Source: a bacterium
Lineage (GTDB): Bacteria; Zhuqueibacterota; Zhuqueibacteria; Oceanimicrobiales; Oceanimicrobiaceae
Direction: 5' to 3'
Assembly (NCBI GenBank): GCA_046757025.1
Contig: JBHHXN010000057.1
Location: forward strand, 1 to 27,619
Length of the DNA: 27,619 nt
The notes below the pieces were generated by a model. It saw only the letters and a program-made list of their open reading frames with translations. It was not told the origin of the DNA and made no database searches. Shown here one piece after another: positions 1 through 8,860 of this stretch. Each line of letters begins with the position of its first letter. Positions within the stretch are counted from its first letter, which is position 1. The translations under genes were made by a program, and so were the position numbers.

Positions 1-17
1 GCTTTCGCGGGAATGAC
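1..17. repeat. Truncated end of a REP/MITE-like palindromic element (GTCATTCCCGCGAAAGC type)
   Basis: Window begins gctttcgcgggaatgac, the reverse complement of GTCATTCCCGCGAAAGC. It shares the GAATGAC terminus with the element at 14711-14817. The rest is cut off by the window edge. Confidence 0.55.
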
Positions 18-143
18 GGCCCAAAAAGCTTTTAGACAACCCCGATGAACCATCTCTCGTGAATAATGCAGGCTAAGTGCGAAACTTGAGTGAGGTAAGA
101 TTTACTGAATTCAAAGTGAGTGTAAATTTATCCGGTGGGGAAG

Positions 144-2996
144 TTACTTCTTTTCTAAGTTGATCAAAATAGATTTTTCTGCGATCTGGCCGGCGTTTCT
201 ATCTTTGACTTTCACGATGAGATCGTATTCACCAGCCTTTAATTTGCTCACATCGAAACTGATCTGTTCATAAGCGGTGGCATCCTTTCCCTGTCGCCGT
301 TCTTTGATGGCCACGGCTTTTTTCTTACCTCCCCCGAACAGACCCAAAAAGCCGCCTTTTTTTTGTGAATCGGATTCCTGCAGTTGCACTTCGATTTCAA
401 AATCCGTGGCTTGTTCAGCGTCTTTCTTCAAATTATAAATTTCGTAATACAAAAAAATGGGCTCGGTCAATTTGTATCTTCGGGTGGGATTGGGCACGAT
501 GGCGAAATCGCCCTGTTTAAATTTCGAAAACCCCTGTCCGTTCGGACTAAGATACGCCGGCACCAGATCGCTCAAAGCCAGCCTTTCCGCTTCAAAGCGC
601 GGCGTGGCCGACCGCTGATTGACGGCGCCGATTTTGGGAGTGGAAAGACCCTTAACATAACAGGATAGTCCATGCGTCATGGGCTCCAGCTCAAAACTGT
701 GCTGCAGAAAAACGTACTTTTTTATGACCTGCGAGGAATCAAAAGTCGATTTCGTGTTGAATTTGGCTTTTTCTTTCAACAAGGAATCGTACACAACCGC
801 CCCAAATTCCAATTCGCAGGCGCGGTTTCCGTCGGTGGATTTGAACGCGTCCCAGGGAATGGCCAGATAGAGGTCCTTGCGGGTTTGGTTGTGGGCGGCC
901 CGAAAATTGGCCGCCATGAACGGGATGTCGATTTTTTGCTGCTGGTCCCAGGTATGGGTGTCGGTGGACATGGCCAACTGCACGGTTTGTTTGCTCTGGT
1001 CGCCGATCTCATACAGCGGTCCCTGAACGTTCACATCCATGCCAGCCAGCCGGCTCATGATGTCTTCGCCGGTCTGGTCAAACTGTTTGCGGGTGACCTC
1101 GGTGTACAAAACATCGAGACGGGAATCCCAGCCCAATCTGTCCGCAAGGATGTCAGGGTACAGCGGCGGCGCCGGCGTCAGGCGCCAGTTGTTTCTGGCG
1201 CCCGATTCCGGAACGATAAAATGAAAAATGAGTCGGGGTCGATCTGTGCGCGCTTCGTACAGCCACGATTCGTTGAAAGGCAAATTTTTACCGCTGGTGG
1301 CGGCAATTTTGTCCGGCGCGCCATGACGAATGTAAATCAATCCCTTGTCGTTAAACTCATCGTTGAGATAATAGGCTTCGGGAAATTTTAGATAGCCCGC
1401 GTCTTCGGTTTTATTCATAAAAAAATGCACATCATCCTGCCAGAAATATTTTTCAGCGTAGATCAGTCGCCGATAATGTTCCAGCATACGGTAATTGATG
1501 TTCGACGCCGGCGTGGGATCGCGCACCAGCCAGAAAATCTTGAAAAAATGTTTTTTATCCTGTACCCGCTGCCGGTTTCGAAAATGCTGCAGCTCAGCGT
1601 CGGTGAGGAGATATTTGATATCTTCGAACAAAAACTCCGCATCGAGGTTGATGTGAATGGAATTGAGTGCACGCTGATAGAAGACGTTTGCCAGGGAATC
1701 GTTCTGCTGCTGCACGTGCAGCTTTACCAGCGACAGCAAAATGCGCGTCTTATTGATAAACGATTTTTGCTGCAGCATATTTTGAAAAACGGAATCGGCC
1801 AAGGCAAATCGTTGGTGACGGCGGTGCAGCTCGCCCCAGATAAACATCGCCCAGTTGCCAGCGGAATTCCTCAAAAATGTAATGGAGGAGTCGGGTTGCA
1901 CGTTGCGCAAAAAAGAGCGTGTGAAATTAAAAAACTCCAGGTGCGGGCGGTCGAGCTCCGGTTTGCAATCGATCTGGCGCACCACCCATTTGATGGCCTC
2001 GAAATAGTGTTTTTTGCGGCGCTCCAGCAGCGCTCGCTGGTACAGCACATCGCGGTAGGTGGAGTCCGCCGCGATGACCGCATTCAGGTATTTTGTCGAC
2101 TGCCGGAATTGCAGAAGTTTTTCCAGCGTATTGCGATTTTTGCCGTCCTCCCGATAAGCCACTCCCAGACAATATTTTGCTTCCAGGTCCTGCGGCTGCG
2201 CATCCAGCACTTTTTTGTACCACTCTTTTACCTCACCCCAATCGTTTTCGGCAAATTTAATTCGTCCAAGACCGCGGAAAGCCTCAAATGCCCCCTGGTA
2301 AATTCCCAGCGCCTGACGGAAGCGGGTTTCGGCTTGTTGATATTTTTTTTGTACACGCAATCTCTCGGCCTCGGCCGCCAGCTCGCGCACTTTAGGGTCA
2401 GGACTGTGGGTTAAATAATAATTGGCGTCCGCATCCTGAATATCCCCCTCCAGAATTTTTTTAAACCATTTTTTTGTGAGACCCCAATTCCGGCTTTCAT
2501 ATCCAATCAGTCCCAATCCCATCAGGGCGGTTTTGGATGCCGGATCTATTTCCAAAGCCTTCTTGTAAACTTCTTCCGCGGCTTTGAAAGCCTGTGCTTT
2601 TCGCAAGCTGTCTCCGGCCGAAAAATATCTGCGCACTTTGGGATTGTTTTTCAGGTAGGCAATCGCTTCTTGATTCGAAGGGTCGATTTCGAGAATCTGG
2701 TGGAACCAGTCGCGAAATTTCTTCCACTCCTCCAGTTCGTATGCTACTTCCCCCAGACGCTTTAGAACATAACGGGAGGTGTCGTTGAAAACCAGCGCCT
2801 GGTGAAAGGCGAATTCCGCCTGGTCGAATTTTTTCAGAGCAAACAAGCTGTCCGCCGTTCGAACGAAGCGTGCATGAAGCTGTGCTCTGGATTGCCCCAG
2901 CAACGGTATGGGCGAATTACAAACAAAAATCAAGGTCAAAAGCAGAGCCATCGACTGCCACCGGGAAACGGAGGTACCTTGACCGAAATTCTTCAT
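144..2996 (-). CDS. Secreted TPR-repeat protein with a GWxTD-family domain
   Basis: ORF of about 950 aa. The ATG at 2996 is preceded by AGGAG (3002-3006); the track start at 3002 is a GTG. Hydrophobic N-terminal signal-like segment and many TPR-like helical pairs. Domain pattern FW..RDPTPAS..N....EHYRRL.YAEKYF...DKGLIYIRHGAPD...ESWLY. C-terminal beta-rich domain (LSDL, PNPTR, LYYEIYNL, GEYDLIVKVKD). Confidence 0.85.
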   Translation of the reverse strand: MKNFGQGTSVSRWQSMALLLTLIFVCNSPIPLLGQSRAQLHARFVRTADSLFALKKFDQAEFAFHQALVFNDTSRYVLKRLGEVAYELEEWKKFRDWFHQILEIDPSNQEAIAYLKNNPKVRRYFSAGDSLRKAQAFKAAEEVYKKALEIDPASKTALMGLGLIGYESRNWGLTKKWFKKILEGDIQDADANYYLTHSPDPKVRELAAEAERLRVQKKYQQAETRFRQALGIYQGAFEAFRGLGRIKFAENDWGEVKEWYKKVLDAQPQDLEAKYCLGVAYREDGKNRNTLEKLLQFRQSTKYLNAVIAADSTYRDVLYQRALLERRKKHYFEAIKWVVRQIDCKPELDRPHLEFFNFTRSFLRNVQPDSSITFLRNSAGNWAMFIWGELHRRHQRFALADSVFQNMLQQKSFINKTRILLSLVKLHVQQQNDSLANVFYQRALNSIHINLDAEFLFEDIKYLLTDAELQHFRNRQRVQDKKHFFKIFWLVRDPTPASNINYRMLEHYRRLIYAEKYFWQDDVHFFMNKTEDAGYLKFPEAYYLNDEFNDKGLIYIRHGAPDKIAATSGKNLPFNESWLYEARTDRPRLIFHFIVPESGARNNWRLTPAPPLYPDILADRLGWDSRLDVLYTEVTRKQFDQTGEDIMSRLAGMDVNVQGPLYEIGDQSKQTVQLAMSTDTHTWDQQQKIDIPFMAANFRAAHNQTRKDLYLAIPWDAFKSTDGNRACELEFGAVVYDSLLKEKAKFNTKSTFDSSQVIKKYVFLQHSFELEPMTHGLSCYVKGLSTPKIGAVNQRSATPRFEAERLALSDLVPAYLSPNGQGFSKFKQGDFAIVPNPTRRYKLTEPIFLYYEIYNLKKDAEQATDFEIEVQLQESDSQKKGGFLGLFGGGKKKAVAIKERRQGKDATAYEQISFDVSKLKAGEYDLIVKVKDRNAGQIAEKSILINLEKK

Positions 2997-3038
2997 CGAC
3001 ACTCCTGAAACAATTTTAATCTGTAAACCGCGGTTGGA

Positions 3039-3068
3039 AATTTACTAAATTTTATACAAAAATGACAA
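3039..3068 (-). promoter_or_regulatory. Possible sigma-70-type promoter for the GWxTD gene
   Basis: Minus strand reads TTGTCA-18 nt-TAAATT, just downstream of the terminator and about 45 nt upstream of the start codon. The region is AT-rich, so a chance match is possible. Confidence 0.35.
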
Positions 3069-3083
3069 CTTAAAAATTCCCTC

Positions 3084-3125
3084 AAAAAAAAACCAGACAC
3101 CGACGTTTGATTTTTCAGTATCTGG
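3084..3125 (-). terminator. Rho-independent terminator after the phosphatase gene
   Basis: Minus strand reads CCAGATACTGA-11 nt loop-TCGGTGTCTGG (11 pairs including two G-U), followed by T9, about 40 nt after the stop at 3168. Confidence 0.8.
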
Positions 3126-3167
3126 CCTTGTTACTAATAAGCAGCCTCGAGTTAGGTGAATTAAATT

Positions 3168-6095
3168 CTATTTTTGCAAAATCATTCTCCGCACAATCTT
3201 TCTACCCTGCGCTTCCAAACGTACATAATACGTTCCGGAAACCGCAGTCTGGCCTGTGCGAATTGTGCCATTCCAGACGACTTTTTTCACGCCGGCCGAT
3301 TGAGATTCATCTACCAGCACGCGAATCAACTGTCCCAGATTATTGTAAACAGTTAGCCGCACTTCTGTGGCTTCCGGAAGCGCATATTCGATGATGGTTT
3401 CCGCGTTGAAAGGATTCGGATAATTGGCACTCAATCTGAGCTGCGCGGGGATTGCGTCAGACGGACGCGGATTCACTGACACCGTATTTTTTGTTTTGGC
3501 AGTACCCGACAACGGTACCTCTATTGGATTGTCGTCCGCATCGTTGCTCTCTATTCGGAGAACCGCTGATTTCAACCCTTCGGTTTTTGGCATGAAGCTG
3601 ACAGCTACTTGTTGCGAGTCGCCTGGAAGGAGACTGAACGGGCTGGAACCATCTTCAATTTTAAATGCATCGCGGTTTTCTCCTGATAGAGTGATGCCAG
3701 TCACCGACAGTTCTGCGGTTCCGGTATTGAAAACCACAAACGCCTGCGCGGCGCTGCTATCGATGACCACTTCTCCATAATTAAATGAAGACGGTTCCAC
3801 AGCAATTTGAGGAAGTTGGGAAAGGACTGCTTCACCCGTTAAGTCTAATTCCAGGGGGTTATTCTGGGCATCGTTGCTGGTGAAACGTAAAACAGCAGAT
3901 TTGTTACCCACTGACGTCGGATGAAAGCTCACTACAATTTGTTGAGTGTCATCCGACGCCAGTGTAAAAGGAACGCTCCCACTGTCGAGTTTAAAGGCAT
4001 CCGCATCGCCACCGGTGAGCGAGATGCCTGTGACATAGAGCTCCGATGACCCGGTATTCATTACTACAAATTTTTGAGCGCGACTGCTGTCCACGGTCAC
4101 TTCACCGTAATCATAGGCAGGCGGTTGCACCGCAATCTGCGGTTGCGGCATCATAACTCCTTCACCAGTCAAGCTGACATCGAGGGGATTGTTTTGCGGG
4201 TCGTTGCTGGCTAAACGCAAAGTGGTGCTTTTCATGCCCGGAGACGCCGGCTGAAAACGCACCACCCATTCTACGGAGTCCCCCGGTAGCACAGTAAAAG
4301 GCGTCGCGCCGTTCTCAATGCTAAAGGCCGCTGAATCGCTGCCGGTTAAAGTTATGTCAGTTACCTGCAAATCTGCCGTTCCGCGGTTAGAAACTACAAA
4401 CGATTGTAAAGCGCTGCTGTCCACAAACACTTGGCCAAAATCGTGCTGTGCAGGATTGACCGCTATTTCGGGAGCGGGAGGAAGAATCGCAATTCCAGTA
4501 AAAATTATGGGTGAATTGGCCAACCCATCTGAAGTGGCGGAAACCAGAGTGGTATCAGCCGTCATGCCCAGCGTCAGGGTGCTGGCCGCGCGGCCATCGG
4601 CGCCAGTGAGCTGCGGTTGCGAATCTGACAGGCTGCCCGTCCCGGCGACGACCTCAAAAGTCACCGTCACCCCGGCAACCGGATTATCGTTGATATCGCG
4701 GGTTTCCACCACAAATGGAAAGGGTACATTCGAGCCGATGACGCCAACATACTGGATTTGAGAAGCTAACACCAACTTTGTGGCCGGGGCACTTCCGCTT
4801 CCTTTTATTATAGTAAAGTAATCACGAATAGCTCCAAACTTATCGATGAATGTGGCATCCAATCGGTTGTCGTCCACATCCAGCGCCACCGAGCCATGCT
4901 CTTTGAGGGAGGTGACCATGACGGGATGATCTAATCTTCCACTGCCGAGCTTCCCCGAGCTGCCCGCCACCACGTAAACCGCGCCTTCATGCGGGGTTGG
5001 ATTCAAATGGCTTTTATTGTACGCACCGTCGCCGTCCGTTCGCCCGTTACCGCCGTCGATGATCATGCTGTCAGCTAAGGTGGAGGAAACATCATAATGC
5101 CGGTCCAGAAGAAACGAACGTTCGTAAGAATGACTGTGACCGGCCAGCACCAGATCCACGCCGTAGTCTTCCAGAATGGGCAGAGCAACTTCGCGCATGG
5201 TCACCAGCTCATTCTCGCGGTCTGAGTTGTGAGAGCCTTTGCTGTACGGCGGATGGTGCCAGAAAGCGATGATCCAATTTTTGTCGTTGGCCGCCAGGTC
5301 TTCTTCCAGCCAGACCCACATGGGGCTTCCCGGCTGGCGCAAATTTGCTGTGGTTGAATTCAGGCAAATAAAATGAATGCTGCCATAATCAAACGAGTAG
5401 TAAGCTTCGGTGCCGGAAGCGATACCCCCTGCTTCGCCGTTGGTGGGCAGGGTAAAGATATCATAATAAGGATACGGACCGGGCGTGGACGCGGTGTTAT
5501 CATCGTGATTTCCAAGAGTCGGCCAGAGCACGGATTTGCGCAGCATTTCTTCGTACATTCTTTCAAATACCGCATCCTGATATTGCTGATCCGCACCGCT
5601 GCTGTAAGCGTTATCCCCCAGCATCAGCCATAAATCGGTGTGGCGCGTGCCGGTAAAATTGTAGTAAGCATCGCGCACAGCGCGCGCCCGCGAGTTGCGC
5701 GTGCCCGAATCACCCAGCACCCAGATGCGTGTGGCTTTGTTGCTACCGGGACCGGGCGAGGTGATAAAAAAGTGACTGCTGTCTCCCCCGGCCAGATTGG
5801 TGGTGCGGGTTCCGATGGCATAATAATATTTGGTGTCCGGCTGCAAACCTGAAAGTTTGATTTCATGCTCGGTGGTCACAAGCGCGCTCTGCATGTTCAT
5901 ATTGAGCTGGCCAATGGTGGTGCCGTAAACTACACGGCTGTCTGTGGCGGTATCCGTACGCCAGCGCACGATGATGCTGTTGGGGGTACCCACCTGCAAA
6001 TATGGTCCTCGAGTCACGGTTTGAGCTGAACTTGTTTGATAAAAAAACAACAGGTGGATGACGGGTAACAACTGGAATATTTTCTTAATCACCAC
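3168..6095 (-). CDS. Secreted purple-acid-phosphatase-like metallophosphoesterase with a Big-1-like domain, three choice-of-anchor-D/Ig-like repeats and a T9SS-type-A/FlgD-like C-terminal domain
   Basis: Motifs GDSG, GDNAY, GNHD, HHPPY and GHSHSYERS. FN3-like N-domain (RGPYLQ...EHEIKLSGLQPDTKYYY). Signal peptide ending TSSA|Q. Tail NYPNPFN...YNNLGQLIRVLV...VSGTYYVRL...RRMILQK. The start is probably GTG at 6095 or 6092 (GGAG at 6101-6104) rather than the TTG at 6128. Confidence 0.9.
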   Translation of the reverse strand: MVIKKIFQLLPVIHLLFFYQTSSAQTVTRGPYLQVGTPNSIIVRWRTDTATDSRVVYGTTIGQLNMNMQSALVTTEHEIKLSGLQPDTKYYYAIGTRTTNLAGGDSSHFFITSPGPGSNKATRIWVLGDSGTRNSRARAVRDAYYNFTGTRHTDLWLMLGDNAYSSGADQQYQDAVFERMYEEMLRKSVLWPTLGNHDDNTASTPGPYPYYDIFTLPTNGEAGGIASGTEAYYSFDYGSIHFICLNSTTANLRQPGSPMWVWLEEDLAANDKNWIIAFWHHPPYSKGSHNSDRENELVTMREVALPILEDYGVDLVLAGHSHSYERSFLLDRHYDVSSTLADSMIIDGGNGRTDGDGAYNKSHLNPTPHEGAVYVVAGSSGKLGSGRLDHPVMVTSLKEHGSVALDVDDNRLDATFIDKFGAIRDYFTIIKGSGSAPATKLVLASQIQYVGVIGSNVPFPFVVETRDINDNPVAGVTVTFEVVAGTGSLSDSQPQLTGADGRAASTLTLGMTADTTLVSATSDGLANSPIIFTGIAILPPAPEIAVNPAQHDFGQVFVDSSALQSFVVSNRGTADLQVTDITLTGSDSAAFSIENGATPFTVLPGDSVEWVVRFQPASPGMKSTTLRLASNDPQNNPLDVSLTGEGVMMPQPQIAVQPPAYDYGEVTVDSSRAQKFVVMNTGSSELYVTGISLTGGDADAFKLDSGSVPFTLASDDTQQIVVSFHPTSVGNKSAVLRFTSNDAQNNPLELDLTGEAVLSQLPQIAVEPSSFNYGEVVIDSSAAQAFVVFNTGTAELSVTGITLSGENRDAFKIEDGSSPFSLLPGDSQQVAVSFMPKTEGLKSAVLRIESNDADDNPIEVPLSGTAKTKNTVSVNPRPSDAIPAQLRLSANYPNPFNAETIIEYALPEATEVRLTVYNNLGQLIRVLVDESQSAGVKKVVWNGTIRTGQTAVSGTYYVRLEAQGRKIVRRMILQK
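3490..4472 (-). repeat. Three intragenic 330-bp (110-aa) Ig-like domain repeats
   Basis: The P(E/Q)IAV.P...(D/N)(F/Y)G.V..DSS..Q.FVV.N.G...L.VT.I.L.G...AF...G..PF....SND..NP....L.G unit begins at 4472, 4142 and 3812, an exact 330-bp period. Confidence 0.9.
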
Positions 6096-6377
6096 AAAAA
6101 CTCCAAAATTAAATTTACTTCGAATCAAACTTCTATCCGAAGTCTTGCCCTGAAAAAATAATAAATTGATTTAGATGTTGTTTGTCGATCAATTTAAATA
6201 TCACGACAAACAACTACAAACGCTGTGAAGGACAAAAGTCAATTTTAAGAAAACGGGGATCGTCAAATTCGATTTGCTGGTCAGTGCGCCCCCATGCCGG
6301 TCAACTGCGGCATTTGAAGAGAATTTGCATACAACCTCAACAACCTATCTGTATGCCTTCTCGATTTGCTCTTATAA

Positions 6378-6394
6378 AGCAATTTTAATGCCAG
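6378..6394 (-). promoter_or_regulatory. Sigma-54 (RpoN) -24/-12 promoter candidate
   Basis: Minus strand reads CTGGCATTAAAATTGCT, matching YTGGCAC-N5-TTGCW with exact GG-N10-GC spacing. It is intergenic and points toward the phosphatase gene. Confidence 0.65.
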
Positions 6395-6518
6395 GGATCG
6401 TATACACAAATCCGACCAAATTTAACAAAGATTTGACTAATTTTTGTTTCGCTTGTGCAAAAAATGCGCTTTGTAAAAACGCTACGCCAAGTTATGATTT
6501 CACCGTTTCCGTAATATG

Positions 6519-7823
6519 TCAGTTTCCGACATTTCGATTTAAATTCGCCAGAAACAAGTGCGCGAGTTTTCTGGCATTTTTGTGTAAATTAAATTTGCGT
6601 ACCACGCGTTCTCTAGCGGCCTCTCCCATCTTTTTTCGCAGTATGGGATCCATTGACAGCCATTTCAGCGCGTCGGCCAGCGCGGGCACGTCGCCTGGAG
6701 CCACCAGCAAGCCGGTCTCGCCGTTTTCAACCAGCTCCGGTATGCCGGACAATTTGCTTGATACCACCGCCAGTCCGCTGGCCATGGCCTCCATGAGCAC
6801 AACCGGAATGCCTTCGCGTTTTCCTTGCCTGGTTGGCACGCTGGGCAGCACTTTCACATCGGCCAGGGCGTGCATTTTTAAGATCTCGGGCCGCGGCAGC
6901 GCCGAGTAGATCAATATTTTATCCTGCAATCCCGCTTCCTTTACCTGCCTCCGCACTTTGTTTTTGAGTGGCCCGTAACCGACTAAATGACATTGAAACG
7001 AAATGCCGTCTTTGACCAGCAGCTTGCAAGCTTCCACCAGGTACTGGTGGCCTTTCACTTCTTCAAAAGAAGCCACGCACAAAATTTGAAACGGTCGGCC
7101 GTTTTTAATCTTCTGGGAGGGGGTAAATTCATCCACATCCACACCGCAGTGTACCACGTGAATTTTGCCATGCATTTTTTCGCCACATTCTCTTAGCATC
7201 ACTTTTTTGTTGTACTGTGAAATAGCTACGGCAAACGCCGATGCCGCCACCTTGCGGTCGAGCATGCGGCGTTCTACGTGCAGATCCGAACCGTGCGCGG
7301 TGAAACTGTACGGAATGCCGGTCAACCGATGGACGATGAGCGCAGCCAGCGCCGGATGGTTGGAAAAATGCGCGTGCAAATGCATGATACCCAACCGCTC
7401 CATGGCGAGCGCCATGCACACGGTTTTCGGGAAAAGCCCCAGAGCGCCCAGAAAAAAATTCAGGCTGCCGAAAGTACCTGTTAGCACTTCGAATAACACT
7501 TTTAAATAGGCTTTGGGCTTATGAAAAAGATAATGAAAATGCGCGGCCAGAATCGACAGCGAAATTATGGGCAGAAACCAGGCGCGCCGCACCATTTTTT
7601 GGGCTTCCGGATGCATCACCGATTGTTTTTCATGAATCAACGGGAAAATCTCCACCTGCACGCCCATCTTCTCCAGGGCTAAGATTTCGTAGAGAATAAA
7701 CGTTTCGGTGAGCTTGGGAAAACGCGACATTGTGTAAGCGATTTTTAATTTGCGTCGGCCATTGGATGCATGGCTCGGCGATTTTGCAACGGTTCTGATT
7801 TTTTCAGTTTGCAGCGTGGTCAT
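6519..7823 (-). CDS. Glycosyltransferase family 4 (WcaL-like)
   Basis: Motifs IAY..SRFPKLTETFIL.EI, HLHAHF, PYSFTAHGSD, KG, and EGIPVVLMEAMASG (EX7E). The ATG at 7823 has AAGGAG upstream (track start 7844) and overlaps the deacetylase stop. Confidence 0.92.
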   Translation of the reverse strand: MTTLQTEKIRTVAKSPSHASNGRRKLKIAYTMSRFPKLTETFILYEILALEKMGVQVEIFPLIHEKQSVMHPEAQKMVRRAWFLPIISLSILAAHFHYLFHKPKAYLKVLFEVLTGTFGSLNFFLGALGLFPKTVCMALAMERLGIMHLHAHFSNHPALAALIVHRLTGIPYSFTAHGSDLHVERRMLDRKVAASAFAVAISQYNKKVMLRECGEKMHGKIHVVHCGVDVDEFTPSQKIKNGRPFQILCVASFEEVKGHQYLVEACKLLVKDGISFQCHLVGYGPLKNKVRRQVKEAGLQDKILIYSALPRPEILKMHALADVKVLPSVPTRQGKREGIPVVLMEAMASGLAVVSSKLSGIPELVENGETGLLVAPGDVPALADALKWLSMDPILRKKMGEAARERVVRKFNLHKNARKLAHLFLANLNRNVGN

Positions 7824-8826
7824 GTGACTCCTTTTCGAATTCAATGGTCGAGGTAATCTCCTGTATGCGCTTCCGCATACGAAAGCGCTCGACGCTGGAA
7901 AACCAGCGTGTCAGCCGCAGCCGAAACACCAGCTCAGTGGAACGCGGCGTGATATTGATCCGCCGAATTCGAAACAGGTCAGCCGTGCTCAGATCATTGT
8001 GCCCGGCAGGCCCATTGAATCCCAGCAAAAATCCTTCTTCTTTGAGAATGTTGACGATCCCATCATGGTGACCGCCATCAGGATAGGAAAATATCGGCAA
8101 CACCGAACCGATTTCCTTCTTCAAATCATTTTGTGACTGGATGATTTCTTCCCGCGCAGCCTGCAGCGGCAGACGCGTGAGAATGGGATGCGTGCGAGTG
8201 TGAGCGCCCAGAGTCACACCGTCTGAGGCCAGCTTCCTGAGTTCTTCCCATCTGTGTACCGGGCTGGCGGGATTCTTAGCTATTTCCGCTTGTTGGTAGA
8301 TTTCATCCACCAGCGCCATTGCCGCAGTGTGAGGTTTATTTTTTATCCAGGTCTGTACGCATTTCAACCCTTGCCGTCGCTGTTCGGATGAAGCCAGAGG
8401 AATGTCTCCCAGTTCGGCTAACTGCAGGCACTGGCGCTGCGAGTGCATGATCGCTTGATGCAGTTGGTCCCACCAGAAGCGGTTTTCTGGACGATCCGGA
8501 TACGCTGTCGGAACAAACACGGTGACGGGCAGCCGCCATTTTTTGAGCACTGGCCAGGCGTTTTCGCCGAAATCGCGGTAGGCGTCGTCAAAGGTGATGA
8601 GTACGGCGCGCTTTGGCAGCGGGCAGCCGTTTCTTACAGACTGCAGCAAATCGGCCATGGCGATGACTTGAAAGTTTTCTTTTAGAAACATCATCTGCTG
8701 GGCAAACAGGGCGGGCGTAGCGCTGATCAATCCCGGATTCAGATGCGGCCCGGCTTGTAATTCCGCCACCCGGTGATAGGTTAATACATGAAAAGTATTT
8801 GCACTTTTTCCATTTGAATTAAACAT
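7804..8826 (-). CDS. Polysaccharide deacetylase (CE4/NodB-like)
   Basis: Motifs VLTYHRV, VLITFDDAYRD, GAHTRTHPIL and FSYPDG. Confidence 0.92.
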   Translation of the reverse strand: MFNSNGKSANTFHVLTYHRVAELQAGPHLNPGLISATPALFAQQMMFLKENFQVIAMADLLQSVRNGCPLPKRAVLITFDDAYRDFGENAWPVLKKWRLPVTVFVPTAYPDRPENRFWWDQLHQAIMHSQRQCLQLAELGDIPLASSEQRRQGLKCVQTWIKNKPHTAAMALVDEIYQQAEIAKNPASPVHRWEELRKLASDGVTLGAHTRTHPILTRLPLQAAREEIIQSQNDLKKEIGSVLPIFSYPDGGHHDGIVNILKEEGFLLGFNGPAGHNDLSTADLFRIRRINITPRSTELVFRLRLTRWFSSVERFRMRKRIQEITSTIEFEKESHDHAAN

Positions 8827-8860
8827 AATTAAAAATTCATTTATGATTTGAATCTTAATA

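Noticed and set aside
672..2414. Long plus-strand ORFs (239 aa and 329 aa)
   Set aside because: They are antisense shadows of the well-supported TPR/GWxTD gene and contain no recognisable motifs.
6274..6909. 211-aa plus-strand ORF
   Set aside because: It mostly overlaps the GT4 gene on the opposite strand, has no ribosome-binding site or motif, and crosses the promoter region.
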